The position numbers and the translations under genes were made by a program. 32,000 bases of DNA from the IMG/VR virus record IMGVR_UViG_3300037510_000657, positions 73,877 to 105,876 of that record; one strand, written 5' to 3'. Positions 1-7,448 of this stretch are shown piece after piece (position 1 is the first letter of the stretch; the number at the start of each line of letters is the position of its first letter). Origin of the DNA: a virus. The notes beneath the pieces are model-generated. The model worked only from the letters and a program-made list of their open reading frames with translations, had not been told where the DNA came from and ran no database searches.

Positions 1-2299
1 CGAGCAGCTTGCCGTTGCGGTCCTTGCTGCGGAAGCGGACGGCGGCGAGCTTGGAGCGCTCGACCGTCTCGCGGATGATGGCCGGGATCTGGCCGGCGAG
101 CAGCTTGCCCACCTTGGTGAGGTCGGCGGAAGGGTCGATGATGTTGTGGCCGCTCTCCTCGACGCCGTAGACGTTGATGAGCTCCTGCACCGCCGTCGGG
201 TCGGGCGGCAGGAAGGTGATGATGGCGTCCGTGCGGCCCGGGCGCATGAAGGCGGGGTGGATGGCGTCGACGTTGTTGCTGGTGAAGACGAGCATGACCT
301 TGTCGTTCTTGCGGTCGACGCCGTCGATGGTGTTGAGCAGCTCGTCCATCTCGTCGTCGCGCATGCCCTCGGTGACGCGGTCCACGTCCTCGGCGAAGAT
401 GACGCAGGGCGCGTACTTCTTGGCGAAGTAGAGCGCCTTGGGCAGCTGCTTGAGGTCCTTCAGGTAGAGGTAGGTCCACCCGTTCTCCTCGCACTTGCGC
501 GAGGTCACGTGGGCGGTGAGGGTCTTGCCGGTGCCGAACGTGCCCTCGAGCAGCACGGTGCGCCGGATGGGGATGCCGTTGTCGAGGCAGGCCTGCGTCT
601 CCTCGATGGGCGTCCAGAGGTTCACCTCGACGAGCTCGCGGATGTCGGCGGGGAGTACGAGGGCGTTCGCCTTGCCGCGGGTGTCGATGAACGTCGGCGC
701 GCGGAGCACGTCGAAGTTGATGTTGTCGGGGGTGAAGATGGTGAAGTCCACCTGGACCGCCTTGCCCTTGTAGATGGACTCCTTGGCGAGCATCTCCTCG
801 GTCAGCTGCATGAGCTTGTCGGCCTGCGCACGCTCGCTGTTCTTGATGACGGCGCTGAGCACCAGGCAGGGCAGGCCGTTGTGGAAGGCGATGTTCGGCG
901 TCAGCTTGCCCGAGAGACCGCGCACCTCGATGGGGCCCCACGGGACCTGCTGCTTGGTGCCGAGGCCGGTCTCGATGGTGAGCATCGTCGGCGGGATCTC
1001 GCCGAAGAAGGTGTCGGTGCCGGTGACGTGCGAGAAGCCGTAGACCTGGGCGATGGCCTTGTAGAGCGCCCACGCCGCGTCGAGCGGGTACCAGTCCTTG
1101 AACTTGTACGAGAAGTTGTAGGTCCGCTCGGCCTCCTCCTTCATCTTCGCCAGCCAGTAGATGGCGGTGTCGAGGTCCATGCCCTTGGGCAGGTTGATGT
1201 GCTGGGCGTTCGGGTCCTCCGTGAACATCACGTTCACCGAGCTGAACTTCTCCAGCTGCTTGCCGAGCTTGTCGCCGAGAGCGTTGACGGTGTTCTTCTT
1301 GTCGGCCATGTTGTTCCCCTTGTTGTCCTGCGTTGCGTTGTCGTTGCGGGTGTTGACGAGCTGACGGACCAGCTCGTTGATGTCGTCGCCACTGGCGACT
1401 TCTTCGTCTTCGGGCGGAGGCGGGAGCGGGAAGACGTTGCCGTTGGCGTCGGCCTTCTCCTTGCGGACCTGGCAGTCCGGGTCCGTGCAGTTGCGGTCGT
1501 GGATGGCGGCTCCGACCTTCGCCAGGTTCTCCCTCGCTTCTTCGATCTTCGGGCGTACATACGGGTCGTCGTAGTACTCCTGCATCCACTTCTCCATGAT
1601 TCCCGGAGGAGTGGCCTTCCCTTTTTCCCAGTACTCGAAGTTCGCCTTGGCCCTGGCGTGCTGGAGCGCGTCGAAGTCGATGTAGGAGATCTGGGCGAGG
1701 GCGACGCAGCGCTCCTTGATGTCGCGAAGCGTCGACTCCGAGGGCGGCGACTTGCCGTATATGATGGCGACCTCGGTCTTCATGGCGAAGACCGAGTCCA
1801 TCTTCGCCTTGGTGATGAACTCGGAGAGGAGCGTACCCCACGCCTGTGCTGCGGCCGGGTCCGCGGCGGCGCCATCGGCGACCGTGTTGCCCCACTCGAC
1901 GGCGTCCTCGGGGAGGTTGTCCTCTTCCGTGTACCAGACCCCGTCACGGGGGTCACTGAAGCCGCCTTCCTGCGCGGCCTTCCGGCACCCCATGAGGACG
2001 TCGAGCTCGCCGTCGATCTTCTCCATCAGGCGCTTGTCGCGGAGCATGCCGGCGATGAACTTGAGCTGGTCGATGGCTCGACGCGCGAGGTCGCCGCTCC
2101 TGCGGAAGACGTAGAACATCTCCCGGTAGGTGAAGTTGTAGGTCGTGCCCCGAAGGAACTCGAGCTGCCTCTCGCTCAGCGGAAGCTCGGGGAGCAGACC
2201 CTTCTCGATGTTGAGCGAGTCGAGCTCGTCGTCATTGCCGCCTTCCTCGACGGGCTCCTCCTCTTCTTCGTATCCGTCGTCGCTGTCTTCGTGTCCCAT
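1..2299 (-). CDS. AAA+ ATPase (classic clade) with ~330-aa N-terminal extension; C-terminal end runs off the window start
   Basis: Absent from the ORF track because there is no stop in the window. My manual minus-strand translation from ATG 2299 (AAGGAGGG upstream) stays open to position 2. Walker A GTFGTGKT, Walker B CVIFAEDVD, sensor-1 FTSNN, PAFMRPGRTD arginine-finger region. In-frame internal ATG at 1309 preceded by AAGGGGA. Confidence 0.8.
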   Translation of the reverse strand, partial: MGHEDSDDGYEEEEEPVEEGGNDDELDSLNIEKGLLPELPLSERQLEFLRGTTYNFTYREMFYVFRRSGDLARRAIDQLKFIAGMLRDKRLMEKIDGELDVLMGCRKAAQEGGFSDPRDGVWYTEEDNLPEDAVEWGNTVADGAAADPAAAQAWGTLLSEFITKAKMDSVFAMKTEVAIIYGKSPPSESTLRDIKERCVALAQISYIDFDALQHARAKANFEYWEKGKATPPGIMEKWMQEYYDDPYVRPKIEEARENLAKVGAAIHDRNCTDPDCQVRKEKADANGNVFPLPPPPEDEEVASGDDINELVRQLVNTRNDNATQDNKGNNMADKKNTVNALGDKLGKQLEKFSSVNVMFTEDPNAQHINLPKGMDLDTAIYWLAKMKEEAERTYNFSYKFKDWYPLDAAWALYKAIAQVYGFSHVTGTDTFFGEIPPTMLTIETGLGTKQQVPWGPIEVRGLSGKLTPNIAFHNGLPCLVLSAVIKNSERAQADKLMQLTEEMLAKESIYKGKAVQVDFTIFTPDNINFDVLRAPTFIDTRGKANALVLPADIRELVEVNLWTPIEETQACLDNGIPIRRTVLLEGTFGTGKTLTAHVTSRKCEENGWTYLYLKDLKQLPKALYFAKKYAPCVIFAEDVDRVTEGMRDDEMDELLNTIDGVDRKNDKVMLVFTSNNVDAIHPAFMRPGRTDAIITFLPPDPTAVQELINVYGVEESGHNIIDPSADLTKVGKLLAGQIPAIIRETVERSKLAAVRFRSKDRNGKLL

Positions 2300-2346
2300 T
2301 CTTCCCTCCTTTGGTGACGAGAAAGAGACACTCGGCGTGCCTCTCT

Positions 2347-2365
2347 TCCTACCTTTCCTTATCTC
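2347..2365 (-). promoter_or_regulatory. Recurrent intergenic motif GAGATAAGGAA..TAGGA (copy 1), ~50 nt upstream of ATG 2299
   Basis: Minus-strand GAGATAAGGAAAGGTAGGA. The same 8-mer GAGATAAG plus TAGGA recurs at 4184-4199 and 5687-5703, always minus-strand and intergenic. Confidence 0.3.
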
Positions 2366-2436
2366 GTAGAGGACACACGTATTGCGCGCTCTGCGAGCTA
2401 AGGAAAGAGGGCGGGGGATGGGAGGGGAGAGAGGAA

Positions 2437-2625
2437 CTACTTGGGGACGGAGGGCGAGGTGCCGATGCCAGCGACGAGCAGGTACTCGGCGTACGGATCG
2501 CTCGGCGAGGTGCCGATGCCGTTCTCCTGCGGCGGCGTGAAGACCACGCTACCGTCGCCGCCACGGACCTGCTTGAGGGCCTCGGTCGACAGCTGCTTGC
2601 GGGAAAGTGCGATGCGACTCTTCAT
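2437..2625 (-). CDS. 62-aa peptide with double-glycine-type leader and GIGTSPS repeats
   Basis: GAAAGGAG lies 5 nt before the ATG, and third codon positions are GC-rich. N-terminal LSTEALKQVRGG fits the double-glycine leader consensus LSxxELxxIxGG. The C-terminal part carries GIGTSPS twice, encoded by a 17-nt direct repeat at 2453-2469 and 2504-2520. Confidence 0.7.
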   Translation of the reverse strand: MKSRIALSRKQLSTEALKQVRGGDGSVVFTPPQENGIGTSPSDPYAEYLLVAGIGTSPSVPK

Positions 2626-2649
2626 GGTGTGACTCCTTTCAACCGCATG

Positions 2650-2895
2650 CTAGCCAGTGACTTGTGCGTTGACCATCGCACCACCATGCGGCTGGACGTT
2701 GTTGATGCAAGACGCCTTCGTGCAGTAGCTCTGCCCGCAGGTCGTGCACTGGAGGTGGAAGTGATCCACGTGGGCGGGTTGGAAGATGTGGAAGGAGTCC
2801 GTGCCCTGCTCCGAGCAGTAGCAGGTTGCGTGGTGCGCAGGGAACACGTTCCCCTCAGCGTCCTCTTCTTCGAGGAGCTCCCAGCGGAGCGACAT
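2650..2895 (-). CDS. 81-aa Cys/His-rich small protein
   Basis: GGAGGGG precedes the ATG. Acidic N-terminus, then 6 Cys and 7 His (CYC, CTTC, YC..SC). No family recognised. Confidence 0.65.
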   Translation of the reverse strand: MSLRWELLEEEDAEGNVFPAHHATCYCSEQGTDSFHIFQPAHVDHFHLQCTTCGQSYCTKASCINNVQPHGGAMVNAQVTG

Positions 2896-2921
2896 GCGCC
2901 CCTCCTTTCAGGTGTGTTGGG

Positions 2922-3083
2922 TTACTGCCGAGGCAGGTACTTGTAGAGACCGATGAGGCAGGCGACGAAGAGCGCGATGGTGAAGCTGATCAGGAACGCG
3001 ACGACGTCACGGTCCTGGGCAGTGCAACGAGGACAGGCGACCTCGTCGACTTCTTGCGAATCGCGACACAGCGAACAGCTCAT
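2922..3083 (-). CDS. 53-aa zinc-ribbon protein with C-terminal transmembrane helix
   Basis: I prefer the internal ATG at 3083: GGAGGTGG lies upstream and it makes an ATGA overlap with the preceding stop. CSLC...CPRC, then VVAFLISFTIALFVACLIGLY. Confidence 0.6.
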   Translation of the reverse strand: MSCSLCRDSQEVDEVACPRCTAQDRDVVAFLISFTIALFVACLIGLYKYLPRQ

Positions 3084-3289
3084 GAACCACCTCCCTGCTT
3101 GCTGGCCAAGACCCGAATCCGCTCTGCGACCGCTTCCTTGATGAAGTCGGAGACCGTTTGACCAACGTGTTTGGCCCACCCCTCGATGGAGTACCTCTCC
3201 TCTTGGGTCACCTTGGTCACCATGGTCTCGCAGCGCTTCTCACTGGCCTTCTTCTTCGGTCTGCCCATGTCCCCATGATAGGAGAGCAA
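3080..3289 (-). CDS. Ribbon-helix-helix (CopG/Arc-like) DNA-binding protein
   Basis: VTKVTQEERYSIEGWAKHVGQTVSDFIKEAVAERI has the strand-helix-helix pattern of RHH proteins. The start is uncertain: TTG 3289 or ATG 3268. Confidence 0.55.
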   Translation of the reverse strand: MLSYHGDMGRPKKKASEKRCETMVTKVTQEERYSIEGWAKHVGQTVSDFIKEAVAERIRVLASKQGGGS

Positions 3290-3305
3290 GAGCCGGCCGT
3301 CGAGG

Positions 3306-3752
3306 CTAGTTGCTGTGGTTCTTGTTCACGCGGGCGAGGGTGGCTCCGAGGACGGCGGCGGTCAGGGGATTCTCCCCGGCCTCCTTGTCCAGGTCGGTCA
3401 CCTCGATGGTGTTGTCGACGACCCCCATCTCCTTGGCCACGTCATCGAGGAAGACGCGCTCGCACCGCAGCTTGAAGAGCTCGTCGCTCTCCTCCACGGT
3501 CAGGTGGAAGCAGTGCTGGTCGGGCGGCCGGCCAGATGCCTTGCACCCCTTGCAGTGGAAGGTCCAGAGCAGACCCTTGCAGTGGACGCAGTTGTCCACG
3601 TACATCTTCAGGGCCGCAGGGTTGGTGCTGACGTACCGGACCCTCGCCAGGGCAGCCGAGGCGATTGTCTCGATGGCCAGCTCGACCCTCTTGATGTCGA
3701 GGGCCAGGTCTTCCTTGCTGAGCGGACGCTTGAAACTGAAGTTGTGTCCCAT
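3306..3752 (-). CDS. Hypothetical protein with CxxC...CxxC motif
   Basis: 148-aa ORF, GGGGGTG before the ATG. Motif CVHCKG...HCKGCK. Confidence 0.65.
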   Translation of the reverse strand: MGHNFSFKRPLSKEDLALDIKRVELAIETIASAALARVRYVSTNPAALKMYVDNCVHCKGLLWTFHCKGCKASGRPPDQHCFHLTVEESDELFKLRCERVFLDDVAKEMGVVDNTIEVTDLDKEAGENPLTAAVLGATLARVNKNHSN

Positions 3753-3755
3753 GGT

Positions 3756-4031
3756 TCACCCCCATCCATCCCGTGTCGGGCACAGGTGTTCGTGGCGTCT
3801 TCCGATGTAGTACGAGACGGTTCCGACGGCCGCAATGGCGACCCCGGTGGTCCTCCCCATGAACAGGAGGACGAACATCGCGAGGATGCAGAGCACCGGG
3901 AAGCACCTGAGCAGGAAGTGGATGACCACCCACAGCCGTGCCTCGGCGTCGTAGTCGAAGAACGGCTTCTCTTCTCTCTCGACCCACTTCGGCCCTTCAT
4001 CGGCCAGGTTCAGCTTGCGCGTCAGCGGCAT
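3756..4031 (-). CDS. Membrane protein (2 predicted TM helices)
   Basis: 91-aa ORF, GGAGAGACC before the ATG. Hydrophobic stretches WVVIHFLLRCFPVLCILAMFVLLFMG and GVAIAAVGTVSYYI. Confidence 0.65.
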   Translation of the reverse strand: MPLTRKLNLADEGPKWVEREEKPFFDYDAEARLWVVIHFLLRCFPVLCILAMFVLLFMGRTTGVAIAAVGTVSYYIGRRHEHLCPTRDGWG

Positions 4032-4100
4032 GGTCTCTCCTTGGAAAAAGACTTCCTGTCCACAAGGTCCTTATGCCCGCAGAACCGTTGGCTTTGAGCT

Positions 4101-4159
4101 AAAAAGCGGAGAGGGTGGTGGGGTCACCGGCGGGGGACCGTAGGCCCACCACCCTCTCC
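4101..4159 (-). terminator. Rho-independent terminator (15-bp stem + T-run) after gene 4210-4725
   Basis: Perfect inverted repeat ggagagggtggtggg (4108-4122) / cccaccaccctctcc (4145-4159). On the minus strand it is followed by GCTTTTT (4101-4105). Confidence 0.7.
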
Positions 4160-4183
4160 TAGACACAAACGCAGGGCTTGCTG

Positions 4184-4199
4184 TCCTAGTTCTTATCTC
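4184..4199 (-). promoter_or_regulatory. Recurrent motif GAGATAAG..TAGGA (copy 2)
   Basis: Minus-strand GAGATAAGAACTAGGA, between stop 4210 and the terminator hairpin. Confidence 0.25.
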
Positions 4200-4209
4200 G
4201 CGAAAGCAG

Positions 4210-4725
4210 CTAGATGTGCATCTCCGCAGCAGCCGAGCAGCCGGCGCCGCAGTAGCGCCCGCCCGGGTAGGCGAGTGCTTCTCCGCAGCGCTCGCACAGG
4301 TACGAGACCGCGCTGCCGAGGTAGCGGTTGTACCGCTCGAGGTCGCCGTCGCTCAGGTCCGCGTAACTGCCGCCTTCCTCGTTCTCGGGGTCGGGGATGA
4401 ACTTGGCGATGACGAAGGTGCCACGGACGCGGTGCACTCCGACCTCGCCGGCGGGGAGCGGAACGGCGCCGCCCACGGCGACGACGAAGTCCGGCTTGAA
4501 GGCGGGTGCGCGAACGACATCCGGCACGGCGCGGTTGAAGGGAATCCCGGTCGCCTCCGCCTCCTCGTCGCAGAGCAGGTCGTTGCCGTCGCTGAGATGG
4601 ACGATGCCGACAGGGCCGCTGATGAGCTCCCTGCAGTGGTCGAACGGGTTCCCGACGAACTCGACCTTCGGCGGCTTGCCGACGCTGACGGTGATGACTC
4701 GAAAGACCTTCTTCGCTTGTCCCAT
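4210..4725 (-). CDS. Hypothetical protein
   Basis: 171-aa ORF, GGAGGAGAGAACC before the ATG, GC-rich third positions. C-terminal CERCGE...YCGAGC. Confidence 0.7.
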   Translation of the reverse strand: MGQAKKVFRVITVSVGKPPKVEFVGNPFDHCRELISGPVGIVHLSDGNDLLCDEEAEATGIPFNRAVPDVVRAPAFKPDFVVAVGGAVPLPAGEVGVHRVRGTFVIAKFIPDPENEEGGSYADLSDGDLERYNRYLGSAVSYLCERCGEALAYPGGRYCGAGCSAAAEMHI

Positions 4726-4737
4726 GGTTCTCTCCTC

Positions 4738-5043
4738 CTACCGTTCGTTCAACAGCGGAACCCGCTGTCCAGATGCCTTGAGCCTGCGGAACTCGTCGAG
4801 CGGCAGCCCGGTGGCGCACGAGAAGCAGGCGATCCTATCGGGATTGAGCTCGACCGAATCAGCGACGTCGAGCATACGATGGCAGTGGCAACACATCACG
4901 TTCGTCATGACGGGCTCCTGCGCCACCTCGACCTCGACGATCTGCTGGGGCTCGTACTGCGGGGTACCGCACCTGTCGCACTTGCCGCTGGCGGCGATGG
5001 TCCCGTTGCACCCTCCCCAGATGCAGGCCTTGGGGTAGTTCAC
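4738..5043 (-). CDS. Cys-rich zinc-finger-like protein
   Basis: 101-aa ORF; motifs CIWGGC..GKCDRCG, CCHCH, CFSC. ATGA-type overlap with the upstream gene at 5040-5043. Confidence 0.65.
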   Translation of the reverse strand: MNYPKACIWGGCNGTIAASGKCDRCGTPQYEPQQIVEVEVAQEPVMTNVMCCHCHRMLDVADSVELNPDRIACFSCATGLPLDEFRRLKASGQRVPLLNER

Positions 5044-5648
5044 GACTTCACCCGAGCCTTCCGCTTCCCGGCGCCGAGGAACCGCTCCATGATCCGAGCG
5101 ACCTTGCTCTTGGTCTTCACGGGAGTGCCGATGTCGGGGTAGGGCGCCGCCTGCTTGGCGCGGAAGCGGTAGACCTGCACGCAGAGAACGCAGGCGTGGG
5201 AGAGATGGTGCTCGGTAATCTTCACGTTCAGGTCCCAGCCGCCCAGGCCACGGACACCGTTGGCGATATCGTTGGTGGGGCGCACGCGGCCGCAGAGGGA
5301 CGGGGTGGTGATACCACCGCCCAGCTTCGGTCCCTTGTCGTCCAGCTCCCGGATGTGCCAGGGGGCAGCGCCGGAGACCGTCACGCTCTCGCAGAACGCG
5401 TACTTGGGCTCGAGGTGCTCCACCACCTTCTTCGTCTTCTGCTCGAGCACGGACTCGATGATGAAGACGGGGAAGATCTTGTTGAAGCCCTCCAGGTTGC
5501 CCATGGGGACGTCGTACGTGATCTCGCGATGGGTCAGCCGAGCAACGCTGACGCCCAGGGACTCGAGAGCCTTGGCGTGCTCCTGGGTCGCCTGGGCGCC
5601 AGCGTTGTCGACGATGCAGCGGAGAACGAGCGGGATGTTGGTGTCCAT
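5040..5648 (-). CDS. Hypothetical protein
   Basis: 202-aa ORF, CAGGAGGG before the ATG, consistent codon bias. Confidence 0.7.
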   Translation of the reverse strand: MDTNIPLVLRCIVDNAGAQATQEHAKALESLGVSVARLTHREITYDVPMGNLEGFNKIFPVFIIESVLEQKTKKVVEHLEPKYAFCESVTVSGAAPWHIRELDDKGPKLGGGITTPSLCGRVRPTNDIANGVRGLGGWDLNVKITEHHLSHACVLCVQVYRFRAKQAAPYPDIGTPVKTKSKVARIMERFLGAGKRKARVKS

Positions 5649-5686
5649 CGGACCCTCCTGGTTGAAGAAGATGGAGCCACGTCTGC

Positions 5687-5703
5687 TCCTACTTCCTTAT
5701 CTC
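5687..5703 (-). promoter_or_regulatory. Recurrent motif GAGATAAGGAA.TAGGA (copy 3), ~40 nt upstream of ATG 5648
   Basis: Minus-strand GAGATAAGGAAGTAGGA in the 5649-5724 intergenic gap. Confidence 0.3.
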
Positions 5704-5724
5704 CCAGGAAGGCGCGATGTGGCG

Positions 5725-6120
5725 CTACGAGGGGAGGATGGGGGCGTAGGGCTTGGTGGTGACTTCGGGCGCGGTCTCCTCGACGACCTCGGTGACCGGC
5801 GCCTGCTCCTTGGGCTGCTCGCTGTCGGTGAGGCCGACCGCCTCCTTGCGGGACTTCGTGATGAGGTCCACGCAGGCGGTCATCTCGGTCTCGATCTGGG
5901 TGCGCAGGGCGTTCGCCCCGGACGTCTTCACCGCGTTGTACGTCTCGGTGAGGATGGCCAGGATGTTCGCGCTGCTGTGGAGCCGGCCCAGCGCCAGCTG
6001 CTCGGGGGTGGGGCTCAGCATGGCGGCGTCGAGAGCGTTGAGCGCGCCCTTCTTCACGTTCTTGGGAGCGGTCTTCTTGGCGGGGGCGGCGTTCTTCTTG
6101 TTCGGGATTCCACGGGGCAT
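5725..6120 (-). CDS. Hypothetical basic/acidic protein (N-terminal PRGIPNKK AT-hook-like, Lys-rich)
   Basis: 131-aa ORF, AGGAGGAG before the ATG. Lys-rich N-terminus and acidic C-terminus. Confidence 0.65.
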   Translation of the reverse strand: MPRGIPNKKNAAPAKKTAPKNVKKGALNALDAAMLSPTPEQLALGRLHSSANILAILTETYNAVKTSGANALRTQIETEMTACVDLITKSRKEAVGLTDSEQPKEQAPVTEVVEETAPEVTTKPYAPILPS

Positions 6121-6148
6121 TTGGTGACTCCTCCTTGTTGGTGGTGCG

Positions 6149-6853
6149 TTACGTCATGGACAGTAGTGCGGGACCATGAACCGCGCAATGGGGACTTCGC
6201 GGCTCTCCGTTGAGGCAGATGCAGACGGGCTCGAGAGATGGCTGGAAGTTCTTCCACATCATCGAGGGGACGGGCTTCCCGGTGACGAAGCTGCCGTACT
6301 TCGACCGGCGCTTCTTGTCGTAGGTCTCGAGGATGTCCCCGAGCATCGAGTGGTAGGTGATCTGGCCGAAGGGCATGCCTCGGTAGACGATGACCGGCTC
6401 CGCCACCATGACCTCGAGGGTCCAGTGGTTGAAGAAGCCGGCGTCGCCGCGCCCAGCGGTGAGGTGGATCATGATGCCGAGGCGGCCGATGCTGGACTTG
6501 CCATCGACGTAGGGGACGTAGCCGCGGGTCTCGGTGTACTCGAGCGTGGAGGCAAGGTAGAACTCGCCGGGCTCGAGGACCGTGCCGCAGCCGTTGTCGT
6601 AGTCGCCGATGCATGGCGTCTTGCCGCATTTGCACCGGATGTCGTACTCGACCACGGGATTGGGCCGAGCAGAGTCCAGCGGGATGCGGAAGTTGCCGCG
6701 GATGGTGTGCCGGATCCGCTTCTCGTACTGTGCGAGGGTGGTGCCGAGGTGGATGTCGTAGCTGTTGGGACCGAGGCACTCCTTGTCGAAGGGCTCGATG
6801 ACGATGTTGCCGTTCTCCATCTCCTCGAGAATCTTGGCGTCGCTGAGGATCAC
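6149..6853 (-). CDS. dcd: dCTP deaminase / dUTPase-superfamily enzyme with Cys-rich insertion
   Basis: N-terminal MILSDAKILEEMENGNIVIEPF, NSYDIHLG, DGKSSIGRLGIMIHLTAGRGDAGF and WTLEV match Dcd motifs. Extra CKCGKTPCIGDYDNGCG segment and a Cys-containing C-terminal tail. Confidence 0.8.
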   Translation of the reverse strand: MILSDAKILEEMENGNIVIEPFDKECLGPNSYDIHLGTTLAQYEKRIRHTIRGNFRIPLDSARPNPVVEYDIRCKCGKTPCIGDYDNGCGTVLEPGEFYLASTLEYTETRGYVPYVDGKSSIGRLGIMIHLTAGRGDAGFFNHWTLEVMVAEPVIVYRGMPFGQITYHSMLGDILETYDKKRRSKYGSFVTGKPVPSMMWKNFQPSLEPVCICLNGEPRSPHCAVHGPALLSMT

Positions 6854-7188
6854 GCTGCTTCCTCTTCTTCCTCGGCAGCTGGGCCGGTGACAGTGGCGTT
6901 GAGGGTCAGCTCGACTTCCTGGCCGGCGAACTTCTTGACCAGGTCCTCGAGGTACACGCAGCAGCGGCGCCGGGCGTAGGGCGCATCACCCACGTAGGAA
7001 GCAGGCTCCGCCATCATGTGCTCCTCGTCGCTCTTGCAGGCGCCGAAGATAGCACGACCGAAGGCGTCGATGCGGATGAAGCCCTTGGGAGAGACTCCCA
7101 GGAGCTGGCCGCTTTCGTCGACCTCTACGATCTCAGTGTAGTGCGAGATGCCCAGACTGGACTCGTCGACAAGTAGGATGCGTGGCAT
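6850..7188 (-). CDS. Hypothetical protein
   Basis: 112-aa ORF, GGAGGACCG before the ATG. Its stop overlaps the dcd start. Confidence 0.65.
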   Translation of the reverse strand: MPRILLVDESSLGISHYTEIVEVDESGQLLGVSPKGFIRIDAFGRAIFGACKSDEEHMMAEPASYVGDAPYARRRCCVYLEDLVKKFAGQEVELTLNATVTGPAAEEEEEAA

Positions 7189-7232
7189 CGGTCCTCCTTC
7201 CCATTCAAAACGGTGTGGGTGATACTAGAAGC

Positions 7233-7448
7233 ATGCAGAAGAGTGTCACGAAGGAACAGGCAAACCTCGCCCTCCAACAGTTGGCACGAGAGCATGCCAA
7301 CGAGGCGTACTTCAAGAAGATTGAAGTCGGGAGCAACGAAGGCTACGTGGTCGACTTGTACGTCGATCGCGCGAAGTGGGAACTCGCGGGCAAGACGGTG
7401 CCGTCCCGGCTGGACCGGGTGCCCGTCTGCGTTCTCCTGGTGGGCTGA
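7233..7448 (+). CDS. Hypothetical small protein
   Basis: Plus-strand ORF. I prefer ATG 7233 because the upstream part of the track ORF overlaps the divergent minus-strand start. GATACT lies ~7 nt upstream, compatible with a leaderless mRNA. Confidence 0.5.
   Translation: MQKSVTKEQANLALQQLAREHANEAYFKKIEVGSNEGYVVDLYVDRAKWELAGKTVPSRLDRVPVCVLLVG

Noticed and set aside
146-2317. 723-aa plus-strand ORF, together with the other long plus-strand ORFs at 22253-24586, 25251-26579, 28532-29365 and 19660-20712.
   Set aside because: Their translations are low-complexity and rich in Arg, Gly, Val, Asp, Leu and His, which is typical of the antisense frame of GC-rich genes. The minus strand at each of these places encodes proteins with clear family motifs (AAA+, PARP, rIIA, ThyX, wHTH). 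They also lack SD sites.
4032-4100. A possible promoter for the 3756-4031 operon in the gap after the terminator.
   Set aside because: I could not find a convincing -35/-10 pair with acceptable spacing.
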